Source: Candidatus Latescibacterota bacterium (GTDB taxonomy: Bacteria > Latescibacterota > UBA2968 > UBA8231). From it: a DNA stretch of 64,000 nucleotides. The translations under genes and the position numbers were made by a program. The stretch is from NCBI GenBank assembly GCA_965242865.1, contig CBDETK010000013.1, positions 2,144,001 through 2,208,000 on the forward strand, written 5' to 3'. The notes under the pieces were generated by a model that saw nothing but the letters and a program-made list of their open reading frames with translations, was not told the DNA's origin and ran no database searches. Below, one piece after another: positions 29,932 to 39,521 of this stretch (within the stretch, counting starts at the first letter, position 1; every line of letters starts with the position of its first letter).

Positions 29932-31296
29932 ATGCCCCAACTTCAGGCCAACATCCTCATCGCCGACCCAGCGCTCTTTATTCGCGAAGGGCTCCAAGAG
30001 GCCCTACAAAAACCCGGTTATGCCGTTGAAACGGCCGCGGATGGGGGCCAAGTGCGCCGGATGCTAAAAGCCGGTAATTTCCACTTGGCCATTCTCGACT
30101 TGCAGATGCCCGGCCCCGCTGGGATGCAGCTTTTGCAGGCGGTCGGCCAGCACCACCCCGACACCTTGTGCATCATACTCACGGCCCACGACAATGTTCA
30201 CACCGCGGTCGAAGCCATGCGCAAGGGCGCGTACGATGTGGTGACCAAACCCGTCGATCTAGACCACCTGCGCCTCGTCGTCTCCCGCGCCCTCGATCGC
30301 TTTGAGCTCGTCGTCGAAAACCGCAAGCTCCACAACCGCCTCGAAAAAGAAGCCCCGTTCCGCCGCCTCGTGCGCCGCAGCCCGGCCATGCAGGCGGCCG
30401 CGGCCACGATCAAACAAGTGGCCGAAGCGGATGTGCCGGTGCTTTTGCGCGGCGAGACCGGCGTCGGCAAGGATCTGGTAGCTCGCGCCATCCACGAGCG
30501 CAGCAAGCGCCGCGACGCGCCCTTTGTGGCCGTCAACTGCGGCGGCTTTACCGAGGAGCTTTTTACCAGCGAGCTGTTCGGCCACAAGCGCGGCGCCTTT
30601 ACCAGCGCTCACGCCGACCGGCCCGGCCGGTTCACCCTCGCCGAGCAGGGGACCCTCTTTCTCGACGAAATCGGCGAGGTCCCGCACAAAAATCAGGTCG
30701 AGCTCTTGCGCGTCCTAGAGTCGCACGAGTTCCAGCCGCTCGGGGATCCGCAGGTCCACCGCGCCGATGTGCGCATCATCGCCGCGACCAACCGCGACCT
30801 CGAAGACGCGGTCGCAACCGGCGGCTTCCGCCAAGACCTGTACTACCGTCTCAACGTGATCCCCATTGACATCCCCCCGCTGCGCCAACGGCGGGAAGAC
30901 ATCCCGGTCTTAGTTGAAATGTGCCTCGACGAAACCTGCCGCGCCCAGAACAAGCCGCCGAAAAAAATCAGCCCAGAAGCGATGGAGGGCCTCGTCGCCT
31001 ATGATTGGCCGGGCAATGTGCGCCAGTTGCGCAACCTGCTCCAGCGGCTCGTGGTCACCACCCCGGCGGCGGTCATTCTCCCCGAGCACCTGCCCGGTCC
31101 GCTCGGGGCACTGGCCGATGGCCCGGGGCAGTTTTCAATGGCCCTCGGCTCTTCTCTGCAAGAGGTCGAAGCCGAGCTCATCCGCCAGACCCTCCAACGC
31201 CTCACGGGCAATCGGCGCGAAGCGGCCGCCATTTTGGGCATTAGCGTCCGCGCCCTTCAGTACAAAATCAAGCGCTACAACATCGCGGCCAAGTAA
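29932..31296 (+). CDS. sigma54-dependent response regulator (NtrC/AtoC family)
   Basis: REC domain (LDLQMPG), GETGVGK, ELFGHKRGAFTSA, FLDEIG, WPGNVRQL, Fis-type HTH. Confidence 0.93.
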   Translation: MPQLQANILIADPALFIREGLQEALQKPGYAVETAADGGQVRRMLKAGNFHLAILDLQMPGPAGMQLLQAVGQHHPDTLCIILTAHDNVHTAVEAMRKGAYDVVTKPVDLDHLRLVVSRALDRFELVVENRKLHNRLEKEAPFRRLVRRSPAMQAAAATIKQVAEADVPVLLRGETGVGKDLVARAIHERSKRRDAPFVAVNCGGFTEELFTSELFGHKRGAFTSAHADRPGRFTLAEQGTLFLDEIGEVPHKNQVELLRVLESHEFQPLGDPQVHRADVRIIAATNRDLEDAVATGGFRQDLYYRLNVIPIDIPPLRQRREDIPVLVEMCLDETCRAQNKPPKKISPEAMEGLVAYDWPGNVRQLRNLLQRLVVTTPAAVILPEHLPGPLGALADGPGQFSMALGSSLQEVEAELIRQTLQRLTGNRREAAAILGISVRALQYKIKRYNIAAK

Positions 31297-31426
31297 CCGG
31301 GGCCGACCGACTTCTGCATTTTTTGCACTTTTGCCCCTGTACGGCCTCTCGACGCGCTGCTCTCCCGGCAGAGCATTTTTCGTAAGTCAATAATTTACAA
31401 TGCGTTAATTAGCAGGCAATCCAAGG

Positions 31427-31442
31427 TGGCACTGGATTTGCT
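31427..31442 (+). promoter_or_regulatory. sigma54 (-24/-12) promoter
   Basis: TGGCAC-TGGAT-TTGCT; AT-rich IHF-like tract at 31382-31410 upstream. Confidence 0.75.
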
Positions 31443-31745
31443 TATCTAATAAGCGAGGCGAGAAGAGCGTCGGTTGCCCTCCGCGCATCGGGGGGAGCTT
31501 CTCGACCTTAACTCTTTGTTAATGCAGAGCAAACAATTCCGTCAGACCGAGCACAGAGCAACGCGGGGACGCTTTGCAGTCCCGAACCAAAACGATAGGA
31601 ATGCAAATTTTGCACTTTACGCGAATAGAGCCTGACGCTTCTAACTCGCGCAATTTGAATACCTTGCAGCACCCGAGGCCAACATTGTTGCAATTGAGTG
31701 CAAAAATTTGCACCTGCTGACCCCATTACCCAAGGGAGGTTTCGC

Positions 31746-32618
31746 ATGGCTTACGCGATCCAAGAAGCCTTACATGACGAGGACAACACGCTGCGCCTCT
31801 ACTTCGACGACATCGCCGATTCTAGGCCGCTAAGCCGCCAGCGGGAAGTCGAGCTGTCGGCGCGGATCCAAGACGGCGACATGGCCGCCCGCGACGAGTT
31901 GGTTCAAGCCAACCTGCGCTTCGTCATCGATGTGGCCAAAAATTACCAAAACCGCGGTCTCTCGCTAGAGGACCTAATCAGCGCGGGCAACGTAGGTTTG
32001 CTGACCGCTGCCGAGCGCTTCGACGGCGCCAAGGGATACAAGTTTATCTCGTACGCCGTGTGGTGGATCCGGCAGTCCATCTTGCAGACCATTGCCGAGC
32101 ACGCCCGCACCGTGCGCCTGCCCCTGAACAAGCTCAGCCTGCTCAAGGACATCTCGCGCGTCGTGCGCAAGCTGGGCCAAGGCCGCGAGAGCGAGCCGGA
32201 TGTCGAGGAAATTGCCGCGGAGCTCGGCATGCCGAGCGAGGAGATTCTCGATACCATGCTCAGTGCCCGCTCGGTGCGGTCGCTCGACGAGTCCTTTGAG
32301 GACGACGACGATCGCAGCTTGCTCAGCCTCCTCGCCGACGACAATCAGGAGACGCCCGACAGCGATGTCTTGCAGAGCTCGGCCCGCGCCCACTTAGAGG
32401 AAGCCCTCGCCAGCCTCGAAGATCGCGAGTTGCGCATCATTCGCCTTTACTTCGGGCTCGATGGCAGCCAAGCTCTCACCTTGGAGCAGATCGGCGGGTT
32501 GATGGGCCTGACGCGGGAGCGCGTGCGCCAGCTCAAGGAACGCGCCCTGAGCAAGCTCCGCCACCCGACTCGCTATCAGTCGCTTCTCGCGTTGGTGGAT
32601 GAGACGGAGTTTTACTAG
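31746..32618 (+). CDS. RNA polymerase sigma70 factor, RpoD/SigA family (regions 1.2-4)
   Basis: ANLRFVI.VAK.Y, KFISYAVWWIRQSI, TLEQIG..LTRERVRQ; SD AGGGAGG. Confidence 0.95.
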   Translation: MAYAIQEALHDEDNTLRLYFDDIADSRPLSRQREVELSARIQDGDMAARDELVQANLRFVIDVAKNYQNRGLSLEDLISAGNVGLLTAAERFDGAKGYKFISYAVWWIRQSILQTIAEHARTVRLPLNKLSLLKDISRVVRKLGQGRESEPDVEEIAAELGMPSEEILDTMLSARSVRSLDESFEDDDDRSLLSLLADDNQETPDSDVLQSSARAHLEEALASLEDRELRIIRLYFGLDGSQALTLEQIGGLMGLTRERVRQLKERALSKLRHPTRYQSLLALVDETEFY

Positions 32619-32630
32619 GATTGCAAGCGA

Positions 32631-32658
32631 GTCCGCTGCCCTAGCACGGGCAGCGGAC
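32631..32658. terminator. GC-rich hairpin between convergent genes
   Basis: GTCCGCTGCCC-TAGCAC-GGGCAGCGGAC, perfect 11 bp stem, no U-tract. Confidence 0.55.
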
Positions 32659-32692
32659 CGCAGTGGTGGGATGGGCAGCGGCGGCCAGCGGC

Positions 32693-33466
32693 TCAGCCTT
32701 CGCCTTCCCGCAACTTCTTGAGCTCGTCGCGCAAGCGCGCGGCTTTTTCAAACTCTTCGCTATCGACCGCCTCTTGTAGCCAGCGCTCTAGCTGCTCCTT
32801 TTGGCTCAGCGGTCTCTTTTGCAAAATTTCCTGTTCCAGCTCTTCGAGCGCGGCTTCTGAACGCTCGCGCTCAATGTAGAACTCTTCGGCATCTACCTCG
32901 GGCCAGGTGTCGATCCGGCTGCGGGTCCGCTGCACGATGGCCAACGCCCGGTCGTACTCTTGGTTGCCGATGGCGAGCATGGCCTGAGCTACGCCGTTGA
33001 TGCGCAAGACATAAGGCCACCATTTCTCCAGATTGTCGCGGTCTTCTTGGTCCTCGGCATAGCGATTGACAAACCGAAAGAGCACCATATTGCGCTCGGT
33101 ATCGCGCACGACCCGCCGGTAGTCGTGCAGTTGGATCAGAAAGGCGTAGCGCTTGTACAAGCGGCTCCCTTCGTCGAACAGCTCGCGGCAAGCCGCTTCG
33201 TCGAGTGCGAAGCGCTCATCGCTGCCCTCGTGCCGGCGGCGGTATTTTCTCAATTCGTCTTGGTAGTAATCGAGAGCAAAGTCGCGGCCGTGGGGCCGGC
33301 GGCCGTCGGGCCGGCCATCGAGATTTAGCTGCAAAATGCCCTGAAAGGCCCCTTGGTCCACCCGAATCTGGATCTTTGCAACCCCGTCCCTGCCCGATAC
33401 TTTCCGCACATTCGCCTCTGGATCGAAAGACCATTCATTTAATAGGTCGGTCATATCTCGACTCAT
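32693..33466 (-). CDS. UvrB/UvrC (UVR) motif-containing protein
   Basis: GRPDGRRPHG, VVRDTERN; C-terminal LQEAVDSEEFEKAARLRDEL. Confidence 0.8.
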   Translation of the reverse strand: MSRDMTDLLNEWSFDPEANVRKVSGRDGVAKIQIRVDQGAFQGILQLNLDGRPDGRRPHGRDFALDYYQDELRKYRRRHEGSDERFALDEAACRELFDEGSRLYKRYAFLIQLHDYRRVVRDTERNMVLFRFVNRYAEDQEDRDNLEKWWPYVLRINGVAQAMLAIGNQEYDRALAIVQRTRSRIDTWPEVDAEEFYIERERSEAALEELEQEILQKRPLSQKEQLERWLQEAVDSEEFEKAARLRDELKKLREGEG

Positions 33467-33609
33467 GCCAACCTCTCGCGACCCCTGTGTACTGACATTT
33501 CAGAAATCCTCATTGCAAAATAATAATCGGGTTGATGCGTTACGGCAATGACCGACCCGCGAACTTGGGCCGCGCCATGCCCGCCGCCCCGTTAGAGGCT
33601 AACCGGCGA

Positions 33610-33625
33610 TGGCATAGTTTTCGCT
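33610..33625 (+). promoter_or_regulatory. Probable sigma54 promoter of the NifA-like gene
   Basis: TGGCATAGTTTTCGCT (GG-N10-GC). Confidence 0.55.
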
Positions 33626-33686
33626 TTGCTATATTTACAAAAATGTTATTTTTATCCACACTAACGACAAAAAAGTCGTAGATAGG

Positions 33687-35234
33687 ATGCCTCCAATGTC
33701 CACCCCACCGACCACCCGAGCGCAACAACAGATCTCCATCCTGCACAGCATCGGACAAATACTGGGCTCAACGACCGAGTTTGAGGAGGCGTTCAACGCC
33801 ATTCTCAAGCTCATGTGCGACCAGCTCGACATGAGTTTGGGAACGGTCAGCCTCTTGACGGCGACCGAAGTCTCCATTGACGTGGCTTATGGCCTCTCGC
33901 AATCGGAAATCAAGCGAGGCCGCTACGACGTCGGCGAAGGCGTCACCGGCAAGGTCGTAGAATCGGGCAAGCCCGTGATCGTGCCGCGCATCAGCAGCGA
34001 GCCGCTCTTCCTCAACCGCACCGGCGCCCGCGGCAGCGCGGCCAAGAGCCAGACCTCGTTTATTTGCGTCCCCATCCTACAGCAGCAGCAGGTAGTGGGC
34101 ACCATTAGCGTCGATATTCCTTACAAGGACAACGAAAGCCTGCAAGATACCGTGCGCCTGCTGTCTATCATATCCGCCATGATCGGCCAATCGGTCGCCG
34201 CTCGACAACGCGCCCGCGCCGAGCAAACCGAGCTGCTCGACGAAAACTTGCGCCTACAAAAGGAGCTCCGCGCGCGCTTTCACCCCGCCAATCTCATCGG
34301 CAACTCTCGACCCATGCAGGAGGTGGGCCAGCTCATCGGCCAAGTGGCCTCCAGCGACGCCACGGTCCTGTTGCGCGGCGCGAGCGGCACGGGCAAGGAA
34401 CTTGCCGCAGATGCCATACATTACAACAGCTTACGCGCCGACAAGCCCTTTGTCAAAGTGCATGTTGCGGCCCTGCCGGAGACCTTGGTTGAAGCCGAAT
34501 TATTCGGCCACGAGCGCGGCGCGTACACCGGGGCCTCGACGAGCAAAGCCGGCCGGTTTGAGCGCGCCCGCGGCGGAACCATTTTCCTCGACGAAATCGG
34601 CGAACTCAGCCTCGGCGCGCAGGTAAAGCTGCTCCGCGTGTTGCAAAATCGCGAAGTCGAGCGCCTCGGCGGGCGCGGCCCCATAGCGATTGATGTCCGC
34701 GTCGTGGCGGCGACCCACATCGATCTGGAAAAAGCCATGGCCGAGGGGACCTTCCGCGAGGACCTCTTCTACCGCCTCAACGTCTTTCCCATCTTCATCC
34801 CGCCCTTGCGCGAGCGCAAACCCGACATCCTCCAACTCGCCGACCACTTCCTCGAAAAGTACTCCCGCCAGCACGGCGTGGAAATGCACCGCATTTCTAC
34901 GCCCGCCATTGACATGATGATGAGCTACCATTGGCCGGGCAATGTGCGCGAGCTGGAAAACTGCATTGAACGGGCGATCATTCTCAGCAACGACGGCGTC
35001 ATCCACGGCCACCACCTGCCCCCCTCCCTGCAAACGGCCGACGCGACCGGCACGCCGGTCGCCGGCTCGTTTTCGACGATGATGCGGGCCTATGAGCGAG
35101 AAATCGTCATCGAGGCCCTCAAAAACGCCCGCGGCAACATGGCCAAGGCCGCCCGCGCCCTCGGCACTACGCCCCGCATTTTCTCGTATCGCATCCAAAA
35201 ACTGGACATCTGCCCGAAAAACTACAAGAAATAG
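33687..35234 (+). CDS. GAF-AAA-HTH sigma54 activator (NifA-like)
   Basis: GAF (GEGVTGKVV..G.P, SFICVPI), GTGKE, ELFGHERGAYTGA, WPGNVRELEN. Confidence 0.92.
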   Translation: MPPMSTPPTTRAQQQISILHSIGQILGSTTEFEEAFNAILKLMCDQLDMSLGTVSLLTATEVSIDVAYGLSQSEIKRGRYDVGEGVTGKVVESGKPVIVPRISSEPLFLNRTGARGSAAKSQTSFICVPILQQQQVVGTISVDIPYKDNESLQDTVRLLSIISAMIGQSVAARQRARAEQTELLDENLRLQKELRARFHPANLIGNSRPMQEVGQLIGQVASSDATVLLRGASGTGKELAADAIHYNSLRADKPFVKVHVAALPETLVEAELFGHERGAYTGASTSKAGRFERARGGTIFLDEIGELSLGAQVKLLRVLQNREVERLGGRGPIAIDVRVVAATHIDLEKAMAEGTFREDLFYRLNVFPIFIPPLRERKPDILQLADHFLEKYSRQHGVEMHRISTPAIDMMMSYHWPGNVRELENCIERAIILSNDGVIHGHHLPPSLQTADATGTPVAGSFSTMMRAYEREIVIEALKNARGNMAKAARALGTTPRIFSYRIQKLDICPKNYKK

Positions 35235-35357
35235 CGATACAAGCTACAAAATTGTTATTTATTCCGGCTGGTTCAGTTTTGTAGCTCATGCTGTAATTTT
35301 TTCTAACTGCCGAATTTACAATAAGCTACACTTCTGAAGTCCCCGCGCCCAATCCCC

Positions 35358-35374
35358 TTGGCACATTTCTTGCA
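35358..35374 (+). promoter_or_regulatory. sigma54 promoter of amtB
   Basis: TTGGCAC-ATTTC-TTGCA, consensus match. Confidence 0.82.
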
Positions 35375-35455
35375 TATAGCAATCCGTCGTTTGCATCCAC
35401 GAGGCGTCGCCCAGACGCCTCCTCATACCTCATTCGTTAAGGGAAGGGATTGCCC

Positions 35456-36802
35456 ATGCCTGTTTTTCGCAACCGTCCTTCGCTCCTGTGGATCTGTGCC
35501 GGGGTCCTCGGGGCGACCACTGGGGCTTCGGCGGGAGATTTCAACACCGTAGAAGCCTTCCAAGCCATGCCCTTGGCCTATCCCAAATTCATGATAGACA
35601 ACCTGTGGATTCTCATGGCCGCAGTCTTGGTCTTCATCATGCACCTGGGCTTTGCCACGCTCGAATCCGGCCTGACCCGGCAGAAGAACACGGTCAACAT
35701 CCTCTTTAAGAACCTCTTTATCATCTCGGCCGGCGTCCTCACCTACGCCTTGTGCGGCTTCAACATCATGTATCCGGGCGACGATTGGGTCATCGCCGAT
35801 GTGTTGGCCCTCAAGGGCTGGATCGGCTTTGACAGCGACGTGGCCAACCTGACCAATCAGTACGCAGATTACACCTACTGGTCGGACTTCATCTTCCAAG
35901 CCATGTTCGCCGCGACCGCCGCGACCATCGTCTCCGGTGCTGTGGCCGAGCGCGTCAAGCTGTCGGGCTTCATGCTCTACGCTGCGGTCTTGGTGGCCTT
36001 TGGCTACACCATAGCCGGCTCTTGGAAGTGGGGTGCCGGTTGGCTCGACGACCTCGGTTTCTACGATTTCGCCGGCTCGTCGGTCGTCCACGCCTTTGGC
36101 GGCTTTTCGGCCCTCGCCGCAGTCTTGGTGCTAGGGGCGCGCAAGGGCAAGTACGTCAACGGAGAGATCAGGCCCATCCTCGGGCACAGCATGCCCCTGT
36201 CAACCATCGGGGTCTTTCTGCTCTGGCTCGGCTGGTTTGGCTTCAACGGCGGCTCGGTGCTCAGCGCCGACCCGGCGGCCGTATCGCTGGTCTTCGTCAC
36301 CACCACTCTGGCCGCGGCGGCCGGGTGTATGGCCGCGATTTTCACGTCTTACATTTATCTCAAAAAGCCCGACATCACCATGGCGCTCAACGGCATCCTC
36401 GCCGGGCTGGTGGGCATCACGGCTGGGGCCGACGTGGTCACTTGGGGCGGGGCGGTCTGGATTGGGCTGATCGCCGGGCTCATCGTCGTTTTCGCCATTG
36501 TCTGTATCGACCGCATCAAAATTGACGATCCGGTGGGCGCTATCTCCGTCCACGGCGTCTGCGGCATTTGGGGCACGGTCGCGGTCGGGCTGTTCAGCAC
36601 CAACGCCGACCACAGCGTGGGCACTCAGCTGTTGGGCACCCTGTCGTACGCCCTCTTCGCCTTTGTCTTTTCCTGGGTCCTCGCGGTCGTCGTCAAGGCG
36701 CTACTCGGGTTCCGCGTCGATGAGGAGGAAGAGGACGAGGGGCTCGACCTCAGTGAGCACGGCCAGCCCGCGTACGCGGATTTCCAGCACATCAACAACT
36801 AA
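35456..36802 (+). CDS. amtB: Ammonium transporter
   Basis: FQAMFAATAATIVSGAVAER, DFAGSSVVH, LWLGWFGFNGGS, DDPVGAISVHG. Confidence 0.97.
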   Translation: MPVFRNRPSLLWICAGVLGATTGASAGDFNTVEAFQAMPLAYPKFMIDNLWILMAAVLVFIMHLGFATLESGLTRQKNTVNILFKNLFIISAGVLTYALCGFNIMYPGDDWVIADVLALKGWIGFDSDVANLTNQYADYTYWSDFIFQAMFAATAATIVSGAVAERVKLSGFMLYAAVLVAFGYTIAGSWKWGAGWLDDLGFYDFAGSSVVHAFGGFSALAAVLVLGARKGKYVNGEIRPILGHSMPLSTIGVFLLWLGWFGFNGGSVLSADPAAVSLVFVTTTLAAAAGCMAAIFTSYIYLKKPDITMALNGILAGLVGITAGADVVTWGGAVWIGLIAGLIVVFAIVCIDRIKIDDPVGAISVHGVCGIWGTVAVGLFSTNADHSVGTQLLGTLSYALFAFVFSWVLAVVVKALLGFRVDEEEEDEGLDLSEHGQPAYADFQHINN

Positions 36803-36820
36803 GCGAGGGGAGAAACCACG

Positions 36821-37159
36821 ATGTACAAAATTGAAGCATTTCTCCGGCCATCGGTCCTTGAGGACGTGCAGAAGGCTCTCGGCGAACGAGGCATCGCCGG
36901 CATGTCCGTAACCGAAGTGCGGGGCTTTGGCCGCCAGCGCGGCCATCGCGAGGTCTATCGCGGCGCCGAGTACCGCATTGATTTCGTCCCCAAGATCAAA
37001 GTCGAGGTCGTCGTCAAGGACGCAGACCACGAGCAAGCGATTCACACCATCGTCGAGGCGGCCAAGTCTGGCAAAGTCGGCGACGGCAAGGTCTTTGCCT
37101 CGCCGATCCAAGAGGCCGTGCGCATCCGCACCGGCGAGACGGGCGAAAGCGCCCTCTGA
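36821..37159 (+). CDS. glnK: P-II nitrogen regulator
   Basis: GFGRQRG..EVYRGAEY, GKVGDGKVF, RIRTGE; adjacent to amtB. Confidence 0.93.
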   Translation: MYKIEAFLRPSVLEDVQKALGERGIAGMSVTEVRGFGRQRGHREVYRGAEYRIDFVPKIKVEVVVKDADHEQAIHTIVEAAKSGKVGDGKVFASPIQEAVRIRTGETGESAL

Positions 37160-37261
37160 GAACGAGGGGCCGGCGCGCCCTTTGGTTGCTCTGGCCCCCT
37201 TTCTTACCTTACCTTACCATCACTCAACGCAGTACACCTCAATCCATTCAAGGAGACCTTG

Positions 37262-37948
37262 ATGAACCGCTTGCTCTTGCTTTTTGCCGCACCCCTGCTC
37301 TTCGCGCTGACGTTAGCCGCTGTTCCGGCCGATGCCGGGGTTGGCTTTGGGGCCGACGTAGTCAACCGCTACGTGTGGCGCGGCACGGATTTTGGCAACG
37401 CCGTCAGCATCCAGCCGGGCCTGTCCATCAGCCACGGCAACATCGAAGTCGGCGCTTGGTCGTCGTGGGCCGTCACCGACGGCGGTGCCAACGAGAACGA
37501 CCTCTACGTCAGCTTCTCTTCCGGCCCCGTCGGCATTACCCTGACCGACTACTACTTCCCGGGCCTGACCGACGACGACTCGTTCTTCAGCTATAACAAC
37601 TATAGCAAAGAAGAACTCGAAAGGGACGCAGAAAAATCCAATCCACACATCCTCGAAATCAGCGCGTCCCTCGCCCTCGACGGCATGCCCTTGAGCGCCC
37701 TAGCGGCCTTCAACTTCTCCGGCGACCCCGACGATTCGTTCTGGGTGGAAGCGACCTACGACTTGGGCGAGATGGAAGAGACCGCTGTCAGCGTCACCGC
37801 CGGCTTCGGCAACGGGGTGTACACCACCGATACCGACCCGGCCTTGGTCAGCGTCGGCCTCAACATGAGCAAGGGCGATTACTTCGCCTCGTACATCCTC
37901 AATCCCGACAAAGAAAGCTCCTTCCTCGTCTTTGGCAGGAGCTTCTAA
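37262..37948 (+). CDS. Outer-membrane beta-barrel protein (TorF/Gcw_chp-like)
   Basis: Signal peptide, NRYVWRG, C-terminal Phe; follows amtB-glnK. Confidence 0.7.
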   Translation: MNRLLLLFAAPLLFALTLAAVPADAGVGFGADVVNRYVWRGTDFGNAVSIQPGLSISHGNIEVGAWSSWAVTDGGANENDLYVSFSSGPVGITLTDYYFPGLTDDDSFFSYNNYSKEELERDAEKSNPHILEISASLALDGMPLSALAAFNFSGDPDDSFWVEATYDLGEMEETAVSVTAGFGNGVYTTDTDPALVSVGLNMSKGDYFASYILNPDKESSFLVFGRSF

Positions 37949-37971
37949 ACCGGGTCTGTAGCAGCGGGACT

Positions 37972-38005
37972 AAAGGGGCGGTGCCAGCTTGGCATCGCCC
38001 CTTTT
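37972..38005 (+). terminator. Rho-independent terminator
   Basis: AAAGGGGCGGTGCCA-GCT-TGGCATCGCCCCTTTT. Confidence 0.85.
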
Positions 38006-38069
38006 ACATTTTTATATTCAGCCCTCTAATATGAAGCGACTTTTGCCCTCTCTACCTATCGGATGACGC

Positions 38070-39521
38070 ATGAACCGCCCCAATCGCAAAGCCCGCGGTT
38101 CCTACTACACCCCCCCTGATGTCGCCGCCGCCCTAGTGCGCTGGGTGATCCGCACCGGGCGCGAACGCCTGCTAGACCCCTCGTGCGGCGATGGTCGGTT
38201 TCTCGCTCTCCATCCCTACAGTACTGGCGTGGATTGCGACGAGAACGCGGCCGCAGCGGCCGGACAGGCCGCAACCCATGCGCGAATCCACTGCGCGGAT
38301 TTCTTCGACTGGGCTGCCACCGCGTCCCCGCGCTTTGACTGCGCGGTCGGCAATCCGCCCTTCATTCGCTATCAGCGATTTAGCGGCCAGACGCGGCAAC
38401 GCGCGCTCGGGCTGTGCGCCGCGCTGGGCGTCCGGCTTTCGGGGCTTTCCTCGTCTTGGGTTCCGCACCTGATTGTAGCGGCTTCGCTCCTGCGTCCCGG
38501 CGGGCGCATGGCCTTTGTAGTGCCCGCTGAAATCGGCCATGCGCCCTATGCGGCTCCGCTGCTTACTTGGCTGGTACAACGCTTTGCCGATGTGCAAATC
38601 GTGGCGATTCGACGAAAGGTGTTTGCGGAGTTGTCCGAGGATGTATGGCTGTTGTATGCCGACGGTTTCGGCGGACGCACCCAACATCTCGGATTTACCG
38701 ACGTCGAGTCTTTCGGCTTCCAGCAAACTCCTCCGAAAGGGACGGTGCAGGTCTCTATGTCCGAGTGGCAAAACTGGCGTTGTCGGCTGCGACCTATGCT
38801 GTTGCCCGAGCGAATTCGCTCCGCGTACCGCTCGCTCCTACACGCGCACGACAGTTTGGTGCTCGGCGAATGCGCGGCCGTGGGCATCGGCTACGTCTCA
38901 GGGGCCAACGACTTCTTCCACCTGCGGCCGTCTCAGGTGCGGCAGCTCGGAGTACCGAATACCTGCCTCCGTCCCACGGTCCGCCGGGGGCGCGACCTCC
39001 AAGGCGCGGCCATTACCTCCGAGACGGTCGATCAATGGCGACAGCGCGACGCGCCGAACTTTCTTCTCGCGCTCAATGCCCGCGCCCCAATACCCGAATC
39101 CGTCCGCCACCACCTCAACTCGGCCGCCGGCCGCGCCGTGCGCAGCCGCTACAAGTGCCGCGTCCGCAAGCCGTGGTACGTCGTGCCGAACGTGATTGTG
39201 CCGGATCTTTTTTTAACGTATATGAGCAGCGCAATGCCTGTACTCGTGGCCAATCGCGCCAGCTGCACCTGTACGAACACCGTTCACGCCGTCCGTCTCC
39301 TCGACGGCATTTCCCCCGTCCGTCTCCAGTCCCTTTGGAACACGGCACTTACCGCGTTGAGCTGCGAAATTGAGGGGCATCCCCTCGGTGGCGGCGTACT
39401 CAAATTAGAGCCTCGGGAGGCCCTGCGCGTCGCCGTAAGTCGGACGGGACACCTATCGCCAACCACCGAAACCACGCTCCGCGAAGGCATTGATTTACTT
39501 CGCTCGTGGAGACATGTATGA
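38070..39521 (+). CDS. Type II N6-adenine DNA methyltransferase (gamma class)
   Basis: GSYYTP, LLDPSCGDG, GNPPFIRY, GGGVLKLEP. Confidence 0.9.
   Translation: MNRPNRKARGSYYTPPDVAAALVRWVIRTGRERLLDPSCGDGRFLALHPYSTGVDCDENAAAAAGQAATHARIHCADFFDWAATASPRFDCAVGNPPFIRYQRFSGQTRQRALGLCAALGVRLSGLSSSWVPHLIVAASLLRPGGRMAFVVPAEIGHAPYAAPLLTWLVQRFADVQIVAIRRKVFAELSEDVWLLYADGFGGRTQHLGFTDVESFGFQQTPPKGTVQVSMSEWQNWRCRLRPMLLPERIRSAYRSLLHAHDSLVLGECAAVGIGYVSGANDFFHLRPSQVRQLGVPNTCLRPTVRRGRDLQGAAITSETVDQWRQRDAPNFLLALNARAPIPESVRHHLNSAAGRAVRSRYKCRVRKPWYVVPNVIVPDLFLTYMSSAMPVLVANRASCTCTNTVHAVRLLDGISPVRLQSLWNTALTALSCEIEGHPLGGGVLKLEPREALRVAVSRTGHLSPTTETTLREGIDLLRSWRHV

Noticed and set aside
33687-35234. Evidence of nitrogen fixation (nifA)
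   Set aside because: No nif structural genes in the window; the context is amtB-glnK
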